The notes under the pieces: model-generated
Told to the model about the DNA's origin: nothing
The model's input: the letters and a program-made list of their open reading frames with translations, nothing else
The model's database searches: none
Shown here: one piece after another, positions 27,987 through 36,128 of the stretch
Layout of the letters: every line of letters starts with the position of its first letter
How positions within the stretch are numbered: position 1 is the stretch's first letter
Made by a program: the position numbers and the translations under genes
Source of the DNA: Bacillota bacterium
GTDB lineage: Bacteria > Bacillota > Clostridia > Christensenellales > SZUA-584
DNA: 64,000 nucleotides
Direction: 5' to 3'
NCBI GenBank assembly: GCA_023391105.1
Contig: JAEWBO010000040.1
Span: 39,265-103,264 of the forward strand

Positions 27987-28126
27987 GATCTTAACCTTCC
28001 TGTTTCTTATTAATATTGTTTGTAAATAACCTTAAAAAATATCTAGTCCTGTCAATTCCAAGTAAGCTTTATATTATGGAATTATGCATAGAAATATTCT
28101 CTTCGCCTAAAATAGGCACACAAAAA

Positions 28127-28331
28127 GACGTGCCGACATGGGCACGCCACAATCCGTCAATAAATTCTATTTTGTCGTTCCGAGCCTGTCGACTACGGTA
28201 GTGGACTGGAATCCCATGAAAAATGCTTTGTTGAAGGGGATTTCAATCCACTACGGAGTCGATCGCTGACGCTCAATCGGAGTGACATAAGTAACTTATT
28301 TGACACTCTGAAGCGTGCTGATGGGCACGCT
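28127..28331. repeat. Palindromic non-coding repeat element, copy A (MITE-like), bracketed by a duplicated hairpin
   Basis: Core 28152-28303 recurs as the reverse complement at 43339-43472. Flanking direct repeats are acgtgccgacatgggcacgcc and gcgtgctgatgggcacgct. No conserved ORF. Confidence 0.75.
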
Positions 28332-28348
28332 AATCTTCCGATGGAAAA

Positions 28349-28879
28349 CTAGTTTTTCATAAGCAAGCGCCGCAAATTGTTGAAGTAGTACGAGGTGACC
28401 TTATCATACAGAAAATCATAAATCACGAACGCCACCTCCGCCAGCACCACGAAAAGCCAAAAAGCCACACCTGTGCTTAATACATCCTCATAGATGATCT
28501 GCTGGGCAAGCAGGTAAACGAGCCCAAGTGCCACATTATAATAGAGCAGCTTGACGATGTATGCCGCCACCTTGTCTTTAATGCGTGTTTGAATATAGTA
28601 CTTACCGATGCCGTAATGTCCAAAGAAAATCACATAAGGAAGCACCCGAATGATATTTGGCATCAACAGCAGCGACATCAGGGACACTCCAATATACATG
28701 AGAACAGCAAGGCCGATTTCTTCCTCTATCACCAGCCCCATTATGAAGATTGAGCTCAGAAAATACATCGCGATGCGCCCCGTCGGCAAAACAGAAGCCA
28801 AGTACAAGAACAACAGCGACATGGATGCAAACATGGCCGTTAGGCTGACCCGGTGTGCGGTACGGTGAAAACGCGGCAT
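28349..28879 (-). CDS. Polytopic membrane protein of unknown function
   Basis: 176 aa, about 5 TM. Last gene of the DUF5685/J-protein operon (25-nt gap). Confidence 0.5.
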   Translation of the reverse strand: MPRFHRTAHRVSLTAMFASMSLLFLYLASVLPTGRIAMYFLSSIFIMGLVIEEEIGLAVLMYIGVSLMSLLLMPNIIRVLPYVIFFGHYGIGKYYIQTRIKDKVAAYIVKLLYYNVALGLVYLLAQQIIYEDVLSTGVAFWLFVVLAEVAFVIYDFLYDKVTSYYFNNLRRLLMKN

Positions 28880-28904
28880 AAAAAAACCTCCCTATCCTAG
28901 AACA

Positions 28905-29525
28905 TCAGCAGCAGGGTATGCAGTCTCCGCCCATGCATTCACAGCAGCAGTCTGCGCAGAGCAGCCCGCCGCAAATGTTGCAGACGTTGGCGTCGTTCGC
29001 GCCCCGTCTTCCGCCGTAAAACGTCTGGCCGTAACCGCTGGCGCTTCTGTTGACAGTGTTGTAGGCGTTGGCGTATTCGACATTGCCGGGCTCCATGCCA
29101 GCTGCCGTGGAAAAATGCTGACGGGCCCCGTCGTACCAGCCTTTTTTGAGCAGCACCATGCCTTTGAGGTAGTGCCACTCCGCCGGTCTGCTTGATATCG
29201 CGTCCAGCATCGCGTCCGCGCGCGTCAAATCGCCGCGCTGTATGGCCATGCGAATATCCGCAAACTGCGGCGAGCCTGAATAGCCGCCGCCGGAGCTTTC
29301 CCCACCGGCATATGAATAACCACCGCCACTCGATTGGCGCTGTTTTTGTATCATATCATAGGCTTCGTTGATCTCCTTGAGCCTCTCCCCTGCGAGGTCT
29401 TCCAGATCATGCCCCTTGTATTTGTCAGGATGGTATTTTTTCGCGAGACTTCTGTACGCTGTTTTGATTTCAGCATCCGTCGCGTTCGGATTGACCCCCA
29501 ATACTTTATACGGATCCATTGGCAT
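28905..29525 (-). CDS. J-domain protein with TPR-like middle and Cys-rich C-terminal tail
   Basis: [33 protein letters not shown] (HPD motif). Gly/Ser-rich linker. C-terminus [25 protein letters not shown]. Confidence 0.8.
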   Translation of the reverse strand: MPMDPYKVLGVNPNATDAEIKTAYRSLAKKYHPDKYKGHDLEDLAGERLKEINEAYDMIQKQRQSSGGGYSYAGGESSGGGYSGSPQFADIRMAIQRGDLTRADAMLDAISSRPAEWHYLKGMVLLKKGWYDGARQHFSTAAGMEPGNVEYANAYNTVNRSASGYGQTFYGGRRGANDANVCNICGGLLCADCCCECMGGDCIPCC

Positions 29526-30372
29526 CCCCTTTCAGCACATCTTCCGTTTTTTTCGCAAGCCCCAGATACATGATGTTATCCAGCAGCGGCTTGTCTCTTT
29601 TTATATCCAGCAGCTCGTAGGCATTCACAGCCTGAGCCAGCGACATGTTCAAATTAAACGCGGCTTCTTCTTTTATCGCTTCGCGCAGCGCCGCGATGTC
29701 TTTAAAATCACGCTGAAGATAAACGTTATAGCTTTTGGTCTTGTGATCCTTTTCAATATCACTGACCGCGTCCGCAATATATATCCAGCGCCCGAGGTTA
29801 TACCCGAAATGCCACAGCGTCCGCTTCGCCGCTTCGTCCAAGAAATCAAACGGCGCGTTCGCAAACACCGCAGCCAGCAGCTGAGCAAACTCATTTGATA
29901 TAGCGTCGATATCCCCGCAGCCCTGCTTCTCCAGCGTATGCAGCCCCGCAAGTCTTTCGGCGAACTGCGCCGCCAGCTCCCTGTGGTTTTTTGTGGCTTT
30001 GCGGCTCACCCGCCGGAATAGCAGCGAGAGTATGCGCGCGTATAGCTTATTATCGTCTATCGCAGTATCGTCAATCTTGGCATAGCCCAGCATCACATTG
30101 ATCGCCGCCGCGTATTCAGCCTGTTCGGAATGAACGATGAGCTTCTTTTTGAACGGATTCGCAATGCATGCTTCCTTGTTAACCTCGGGAACAGCATCGC
30201 TCATTGACGAAAGCAGTATAAGAAGCACGGCGCAGTCGTAGTTTAGCATAAATCGAGCGCCATGTGTATAGTTTTGTCCTATCGCCTTGCACAGGCCGCA
30301 ATAGTAGCCTTTAAACGCCTCATACTCCTTGACCTTGAGCTCAGGCTTTAATGGCTGCACATATCCGAACAT
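29506..30372 (-). CDS. DUF5685-family protein
   Basis: Internal ATG at 30372 (GGGGAG RBS) gives [32 protein letters not shown]..., the N-terminus I associate with DUF5685. 20-nt overlap with the J-protein gene. Confidence 0.6.
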   Translation of the reverse strand: MFGYVQPLKPELKVKEYEAFKGYYCGLCKAIGQNYTHGARFMLNYDCAVLLILLSSMSDAVPEVNKEACIANPFKKKLIVHSEQAEYAAAINVMLGYAKIDDTAIDDNKLYARILSLLFRRVSRKATKNHRELAAQFAERLAGLHTLEKQGCGDIDAISNEFAQLLAAVFANAPFDFLDEAAKRTLWHFGYNLGRWIYIADAVSDIEKDHKTKSYNVYLQRDFKDIAALREAIKEEAAFNLNMSLAQAVNAYELLDIKRDKPLLDNIMYLGLAKKTEDVLKGDANGSV

Positions 30373-30514
30373 GTTCGTCTCCCCAGTGAATAATATTACC
30401 ATGCGCCGCCTTTTTTAACAATCAGCGAGAGTGTCATATTTACGTTTCGTTCATAAATTTCATTGATTAAAAACCCTGTGCATACAAATAAAGCAAGACA
30501 CAAAGGAGACGCAC

Positions 30515-31072
30515 ATGTGGAATTATGAAAAGAGACTGTTGTATCCCGTAAAAATATCGAAGCCGGATCTGCGTATGGCTCGTCTGCTTCTGGAGCCGTA
30601 TGCGGGAAGCGCCTCCGAGCTAACTGCGGCAATGACATATTTGAACCAGCGCTATACCATGCCGTCCGGCGCGCTCAAAGCACTGCTAACAGATATCGGC
30701 ACAGAGGAGCTTGCCCATATGGAGGTCATCGCAAGCATGATCACGCAGTCTTTTCAGGGTGCATCTTCACAGGAGCTGGAAAAAGCGGGATTGGATAGCT
30801 GGTACGCGGCGCGCCGCCGCAGCCTGTTCGCGGCAGACAGCGAGGGCCATCCTTGGAGCGCAAGCTTCACCGTTTCCTCGGGCGACCCGGCCACCGACAT
30901 CGCGTTTGACATGGCAATGGAAAGCCGTGAACGCGCTCAGTATGAGAGACTGATCTCGATGAGCGACGACAAAAGCTTCACAGAACCCCTTGAGTTCCTT
31001 AAAGAGCGTGAAATCGTGCATTATCAGCGTTTTGTCGAAGCGCTTGAGATATTGAACTCAAATAGCAAATAG
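30515..31072 (+). CDS. Manganese catalase-family protein (spore coat CotJC-like)
   Basis: MWNYEKRLLYPVKISKPDLRMARLLLEPYAGSASELTAAMTYLNQRYTMP...EELAHMEVIASMI. Confidence 0.8.
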   Translation: MWNYEKRLLYPVKISKPDLRMARLLLEPYAGSASELTAAMTYLNQRYTMPSGALKALLTDIGTEELAHMEVIASMITQSFQGASSQELEKAGLDSWYAARRRSLFAADSEGHPWSASFTVSSGDPATDIAFDMAMESRERAQYERLISMSDDKSFTEPLEFLKEREIVHYQRFVEALEILNSNSK

Positions 31073-31095
31073 AAGAGCTAAAAACGGTGAATCAG

Positions 31096-31236
31096 TTACC
31101 TCTCGCAGTACGGCGGCCTGTCGTGCGAGCCGTGGTATTGTTTGCACTCCTCGCACTTTTTATATCGCGGACAGTTTTTCTTTTTGCACGGACACGTTTC
31201 AGGGTTCCATTTTTCTTTGATTTTCTTCTTTTTCAT
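31096..31236 (-). CDS. Unannotated 46-aa Cys-rich small protein (DUF6485-like pattern)
   Basis: MKKKKIKEKWNPETCPCKKKNCPRYKKCEECKQYHGSHDRPPYCER. The pattern C-x-C-x4-CPR-x3-C-x2-C-x2-YH-x6-P-x-C matches a small clostridial family as I recall it. RBS is weak or distant. Competes with a less plausible 85-aa plus-strand ORF. Confidence 0.45.
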   Translation of the reverse strand: MKKKKIKEKWNPETCPCKKKNCPRYKKCEECKQYHGSHDRPPYCER

Positions 31237-31393
31237 ATTGATCAATTGCACCCTCAGGGCAGAAGTTATAGCAAGCCAGGCAGTTTACGCATCGGTGCAG
31301 CCACTTTGGCTTTCCACCTTCCGGCGTCTAATAATACTATATAACGGAATTGAAGTCTACTTTATGCAGGCAGCTTTGGCAATGTCTTGACAT

Positions 31394-31426
31394 AAAAAAA
31401 GACCGCCGAGTCTCCCCTGCGGTCGC
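31394..31426 (-). terminator. Intrinsic terminator after the lipoprotein gene
   Basis: Reverse strand: gaccgc-aggggagactcg-gcggtc followed by TTTTTTT. Confidence 0.65.
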
Positions 31427-31440
31427 TGAAGGCGTTTTTG

Positions 31441-31950
31441 TTACTTTGCGAGTTCGATGCTTTCTGAACCGAATACCGCCACGACACCGTCCCCGTTCCA
31501 GATGATATCGCCCTCGGGGCCATCGAGGTTTTCAAACTTCTTGCCATACGCCGCGTAAATGGCATCCGGCTGCTGGCCGTAGAGCGTGGGCGCACAGGTG
31601 ATGAACCCCGTCACTATCTTAACTGTGTCGTCATATTTCTCACTTGTGATCTTGAAATCGTGAGATATCTGATCCCCGTTCTTTGTCATTGTGACATAGT
31701 CCACAATCATGCCGTCCTGCGACACAACGGAAACGTGCAGCAACGCGCCATCCATAATGTTCGTTTCTCCCGAAACCGTAAACGTATCACCGTTCAGCGA
31801 AATCTCACAGCTGCCGTCAACCGACACCTGTGTGGCGTTCTCGGACATTTGCGGCTTTGCGATCGTCACCGATCCGCAGCCTGCCATCATCGCTGCAAGC
31901 AATACAACCAAAATGGCCGCAGCGGCTATCTTAATGCGTTTTTTTTGCAT
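31441..31950 (-). CDS. Lipoprotein of unknown function
   Basis: Signal peptide with lipobox (LLAAMMAGCGS). Confidence 0.6.
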   Translation of the reverse strand: MQKKRIKIAAAAILVVLLAAMMAGCGSVTIAKPQMSENATQVSVDGSCEISLNGDTFTVSGETNIMDGALLHVSVVSQDGMIVDYVTMTKNGDQISHDFKITSEKYDDTVKIVTGFITCAPTLYGQQPDAIYAAYGKKFENLDGPEGDIIWNGDGVVAVFGSESIELAK

Positions 31951-32127
31951 AACAATCCCCTTTTATAAAGTCGTACTCAAGTATACATAAAATTATTTGG
32001 TATGTAAAGACCAAAAAGCGCTGTATCATTGAACATAAAGTTAACGCATTTGTCATTGTTGCTGCGTCTGTTTAAACAATAACGTTGGTGTTATATAAAG
32101 AACAGACATTATGCAAGGGTAAAAAAC

Positions 32128-32910
32128 ATGGATATCGCAGTAGGCGTCACCATATTTGTATTCGGCACCATTATCGGCAGCTTTCTTAATGTATGCATAT
32201 TGAGACTGCCTGCTTCGCGTTCCGTTGTGTCGGGCGCGTCCGCCTGCCCTTCGTGCGGCACACGGCTCACCCCTGTTGATCTTGTCCCCCTCGTCAGTTA
32301 TCTTGCGTTGGGCGGCAAATGCCGCCGCTGCAAGGCGCGTATATCACCCATATACCCCGCCGTCGAAGCGCTCACGGGCGCAATGTACCTGCTGCTTTAT
32401 CTGCGCTTCGGCTTCATATGGCAGCTGCTTGTCTACATGGCACTGGTCAGTCTGCTCATCGTCATTTCCGCGATCGACTTAAAAACGATGGAGATACCCA
32501 ACGGCCTTATCATCGCAGGGTTCATCGTGGGCGCGATACAGCTGGCCGCAACGGCACTCACGGGCATTTTCGGCGACTGGTTCAGCTACATGATCGGCCT
32601 TTTCGCGGGCGGTCTTCCGCTGCTGCTGATCGCGCTGATTGCCGGTTTTCTGCTCAAGAAGGAAGCGATGGGCGGCGGCGACGTCAAGCTCATGGCGTTT
32701 TGCGGTTTTATCATCGGCTGGAAGCTCGTCATTCCTGCCTACCTGATTGGTATTGTGTTGGGCGCGGTTATCAGCGTGTTGCTTTTGGCTCTCGGGCGAA
32801 AAAAGCGCGGCGATGAGATTCCGTTCGGGCCGTTTTTATCTCTCGGTGTGGTATTAAGCGTGTTCTTCGGAGACGCGCTGATCGATTGGTATCTGGGGCT
32901 GATTCTATGA
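32128..32910 (+). CDS. pilD: Prepilin peptidase (A24 family)
   Basis: 260 aa. N-terminal Cys-rich zinc region (CPSC...CRRC). Polytopic. GGGDVKLM catalytic Asp motif. Confidence 0.85.
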   Translation: MDIAVGVTIFVFGTIIGSFLNVCILRLPASRSVVSGASACPSCGTRLTPVDLVPLVSYLALGGKCRRCKARISPIYPAVEALTGAMYLLLYLRFGFIWQLLVYMALVSLLIVISAIDLKTMEIPNGLIIAGFIVGAIQLAATALTGIFGDWFSYMIGLFAGGLPLLLIALIAGFLLKKEAMGGGDVKLMAFCGFIIGWKLVIPAYLIGIVLGAVISVLLLALGRKKRGDEIPFGPFLSLGVVLSVFFGDALIDWYLGLIL

Positions 32911-32930
32911 GACAAAACAAAAAAGCGTCA

Positions 32931-33135
32931 CGCTGGTCGCCGAGCTGCTAAAGGGCATGGCCAACTATTTAAAAGCGCCGATCTCAAGGCTGCTGTGTGT
33001 CCTCTGCGACCACCTAGCTAAGCTATAAGCTAAGCATCTCGCTGAACCTCGGGTCCTGCTGCATGACCTGTAATATCCCGGCGGACATGGCTTATCCGTT
33101 CGACAGCGGTCCATAAGTTTGGCGACCGCGTTTTT
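32931..33135. ncRNA. Candidate structured RNA with 6S-like rod architecture (strand undetermined)
   Basis: ORF-free. Terminal complementarity cgctggtcgcc (32931-41) / ggcgaccgcg (33121-30). Further register-consistent pairs gctgct/agcggt and cgccg/cggcg. Central apical hairpin gctaagct-ata-agctaagc (33017-35). Poorly paired middle segments. U/A tracts lie outside both ends. Confidence 0.3.
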
Positions 33136-33181
33136 AAATAAGAAGGCGGCTGAATGGTTAATATAATTGGGTTAACGAACG

Positions 33182-33214
33182 AATGCCCCGTTGGACACGT
33201 CCAAACGGGGCATT
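33182..33214. terminator. Strong hairpin downstream of the DUF342 gene
   Basis: aatgccccgttggac / gtccaaacggggcatt near-perfect long stem. Confidence 0.55.
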
Positions 33215-33237
33215 TTCATACCATTCATAATGATCCG

Positions 33238-34923
33238 TCAGCCTCTTACCTCGCAGGACGTGAAGACAATTTGTCCGTTGACGCAACGGAAGGTGGCATA
33301 ATCAATCATAGACTTCGTCGTCAGGATTCCAGTGTCGATTTGAATTTTCACATTGGGGTATATCGCTTTGATCGCGTTAACGCGCGCCTCACTTTTGGAG
33401 GACAGCGCTTCCTTAAGAGCTTCCATCTGCAGCACAATGTTTTCATACTGTTCCTCAAGCTGTTGTCCGGTCTCAATAAGCTTTTGCCGCATCGCGAGGC
33501 GATCAGAAGCTGTATCACTTGACGATGACATTCTCGTTATGTTTTGTATACGATTCAGCTGTGCTTTAATCTGGCCGCGTTCAGCGTCCAGCTTGGTGTA
33601 TCTCGCGCGCTCATCGGGCAATGTGCCAAGCTCGATCTGCGTCTGGTCGTTTCCCGGAGAACCGATTGTATTGGCTGTGACTTCCTTGCCCGCACGGATC
33701 AAGCCGCCCAGCAGCCTGCCCCATTTGCCTTTGAGTACGACAGAACCATTCGCTACGATAAGACAGTGTGCGATATAGTCTGCAAATACGCTGCCATGGG
33801 CAGTGATGGAGGCTCTTTCGATAAAACGCGCCACAACATTTCCGTCCGCTTCAAGCTTACCTTGGTTCATTCCCTGCATACCATTGCGCAGCACGATGTC
33901 CTTGCCTGCAATGAGCGTTGCGCCTTCTACAGAGCCGCGCACCTCAATGCTTCCTGTTGCTTGGACGGAAAGCCCGGTAATGATGCTTCCGTCAATCGTC
34001 ACATCGCCGTCGAACACAATATTTCCGACGCCCATATCGACATCACCCGTCACGTGATAAACATTCGAGACCTCCACCCGGTCTTTAATAAAATCGACAC
34101 GGCCACTTTTCTCTGCGATCAGCGATTTTCCGTCTTCCGATTCCTTTACGTTCTTGCCTTTGGGCAGCTTTTTCTCCTTACCGCGCTGCGCGGGAATGAT
34201 TTCGCCTTTGACAGTCATTCCGTCAATCCCGTCCTCGGGCGGCAGAGCGGTTGCCACCACTTCGCCCTCGGAAACACGTTCAAACAGCTTTAAGCTTTTG
34301 TAGTCGGCGCTTCCGTCAGGCAGAATCTCAGGTGCATAGCTGCGCTTCGCGCTGAACGCAAATACGATTTCGCCATCTTTGCCTCTTTCGGCCGGTTTTC
34401 CGTGTGCAATCTCAATATATTTGTTATAAACCTTATTTTCTACAATGTCTCTGACAAGCTGTTCGTTCAGACCAAATGTGATTTCACATTCCGTCCTTAT
34501 GCGTTCAAGCACCTCTTCGGCTGTTTTTTCGCCGCCTGCATCCACGGGAGGAAACAACATCATGCCTGCTGTCATTCCATTCGACGAAACAGTCACGGCC
34601 ACATCAGAATCCGCCTGCTTCTGTTTCTGCGGGCCTGCAAGGCGAACGCGTATATCTTTGCGGCGCAAACTGAAGCGCAGTATGTCAACGTTAAGCCCCT
34701 CAATTCCTCTGCGGCACAAATCAAACAGCACAAGTTCTTGACGAAGCGGCTCTCCATTTTCCCGTTCCCGTGTGATTTCAAGAAACACGCCTTCGTCGGC
34801 ATAGCAGACCTCATATGAGGCATCCGGCGATGATCTTGGCACCAGTTTTGCTTGATCAGGTTTCTCTGCTGTTAATATTTTGTTTGCTTCATCAGGCAAC
34901 TGTGCTTGAATTGATTCATCCAT
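33238..34923 (-). CDS. DUF342 (FapA-like) protein
   Basis: 561 aa. Beta-helical repeats VTGDVDMGVGNIVFDGDVTIDGSIITGLSVQATGSIEVRGSVEGATLIAGKDIVL and a C-terminal coiled coil. Confidence 0.75.
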   Translation of the reverse strand: MDESIQAQLPDEANKILTAEKPDQAKLVPRSSPDASYEVCYADEGVFLEITRERENGEPLRQELVLFDLCRRGIEGLNVDILRFSLRRKDIRVRLAGPQKQKQADSDVAVTVSSNGMTAGMMLFPPVDAGGEKTAEEVLERIRTECEITFGLNEQLVRDIVENKVYNKYIEIAHGKPAERGKDGEIVFAFSAKRSYAPEILPDGSADYKSLKLFERVSEGEVVATALPPEDGIDGMTVKGEIIPAQRGKEKKLPKGKNVKESEDGKSLIAEKSGRVDFIKDRVEVSNVYHVTGDVDMGVGNIVFDGDVTIDGSIITGLSVQATGSIEVRGSVEGATLIAGKDIVLRNGMQGMNQGKLEADGNVVARFIERASITAHGSVFADYIAHCLIVANGSVVLKGKWGRLLGGLIRAGKEVTANTIGSPGNDQTQIELGTLPDERARYTKLDAERGQIKAQLNRIQNITRMSSSSDTASDRLAMRQKLIETGQQLEEQYENIVLQMEALKEALSSKSEARVNAIKAIYPNVKIQIDTGILTTKSMIDYATFRCVNGQIVFTSCEVRG

Positions 34924-35038
34924 GAACGCACACTCCTTAATTGTTTGTTTGGTGTGAAAAAGCTGCTATAACATATATCGATAAGTTCATCTTATTAATA
35001 AACCATTTATTTATAGTTCAATAAATTAATTCTTAGCA

Positions 35039-36037
35039 TTATCTGTGATAAACCTGATTTAGCGCAGATATCCATCCGGCGATGTGTGTCCTTAGGCTCT
35101 CTGGAAAAAGCACCTCGGCTTTGTCGCCGAATATCGTCAGCCATGAAATAAAACCAGGGCTGACGCGCACATTGACAGAAACCGTGAAGTGGCCGTCCCG
35201 ATTATCCGAAACCGCCACATCAAGCCCAAAACGATCGAATACGGCGGTCGCAAGCTCGTCACAGAAGCGGATCCGCACGCTTTGAGGCTCGCCCCCGAAC
35301 ATGGAAAATACGCTCCTGTGGTAATCGTCAAAATCAATGTAATTTTTGTATTCTGACACTTCGCTGATTTCGCGCTGGTCTTGCTCGCTAAGCTCCACAC
35401 GCGTCATTCTATCTACCCGAAAATGCGACAGATTGTCGTATTTGTCGATATTGCAGATGAGGTAATATGCGTCCTCAAACCACATCAGCGAATAAGGGCT
35501 CGCGCAATACCGCTGTCCGTTCCTTTTCAGGCGCTGGGTTTTATCCGGCATGTATTCAAAATACAGAAACGTGATCTTCTTCCCGAGTGTCTGTGCATGC
35601 ACAATGCGGTCAATATTGTAATATATCTCTTCGTTTCGTGTTTTCTGTGTGCGAGCCAGTTCCAAACGGCTGCGAAAGCTAACCGACTGCGTTTGTCCGA
35701 AAAAATCACCGAGTTTTCTTATCAGCTCACGTGATTTTCGCTCGGTCATAAATCGCGCGGCGGAAATCGCGCTGGCGCAAACTTGTGCCTCGGCCATCTC
35801 CAAAGAGCGCTGACCCAAAAAGTAAGCCGCCTTTCCGTCCGTTGTTTTGATGATATCAAAGCCCACATCGCGCAGCAGATTCAAATCCCCGTATATGGAT
35901 TTTCTTTCAGCTTCAATGCCGTTTTCTTTAAGGTATGCCATGATATCACAAAGCTGCTTGGGATGGTATTCGTCCGTATGCTGCTGGAAATACTTCAATA
36001 CTAACAAGATCCGCGCACGTTTCGGATAATCCGTCAC
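35039..36037 (-). CDS. HTH + WYL domain transcriptional regulator
   Basis: 332 aa. N-terminal wHTH (RILLVLKYFQQHTDEYHPKQLCDIMAYL). WYL-type core (DAYYLICNIDKYDNLSHFRVDRMTRVEL). GTG start. Confidence 0.7.
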   Translation of the reverse strand: MTDYPKRARILLVLKYFQQHTDEYHPKQLCDIMAYLKENGIEAERKSIYGDLNLLRDVGFDIIKTTDGKAAYFLGQRSLEMAEAQVCASAISAARFMTERKSRELIRKLGDFFGQTQSVSFRSRLELARTQKTRNEEIYYNIDRIVHAQTLGKKITFLYFEYMPDKTQRLKRNGQRYCASPYSLMWFEDAYYLICNIDKYDNLSHFRVDRMTRVELSEQDQREISEVSEYKNYIDFDDYHRSVFSMFGGEPQSVRIRFCDELATAVFDRFGLDVAVSDNRDGHFTVSVNVRVSPGFISWLTIFGDKAEVLFPESLRTHIAGWISALNQVYHR

Positions 36038-36128
36038 TTCCCATCCCCCTTTGTATAACTGCTTTCATTGACATGCAAAGATGTGTATAGCATAATTATA
36101 CCATACATGCCGCCAAAGGAGAACATCT

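Noticed and set aside
30470-30495. CATACAAAT upstream of the CotJC-like gene, as a possible mother-cell sigma (E/K) -10 box.
   Set aside because: I could not find a matching -35 element at the proper spacing, so the call would be guesswork.
31087-31344. 85-aa plus-strand ORF.
   Set aside because: Phe/Leu/Arg-rich mirror of the Lys-rich minus-strand mini-ORF, with no RBS. The minus-strand 46-aa Cys-patterned ORF is the better explanation.
32911-33237. The possibility that the convergent spacer encodes SRP RNA or tmRNA.
   Set aside because: No GGAA-tetraloop/AGCAGC helix-8 motif. No tRNA-like 3' end or tag reading frame. Too short for tmRNA or RNase P. It is retained only as a generic 6S-like candidate.
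35039-36037. The WYL regulator as a flag for a nearby anti-phage defence island.
   Set aside because: The neighbouring genes are a FapA-like protein, a transporter and a flavodoxin. No nuclease, helicase, methylase or other defence-type genes are adjacent.
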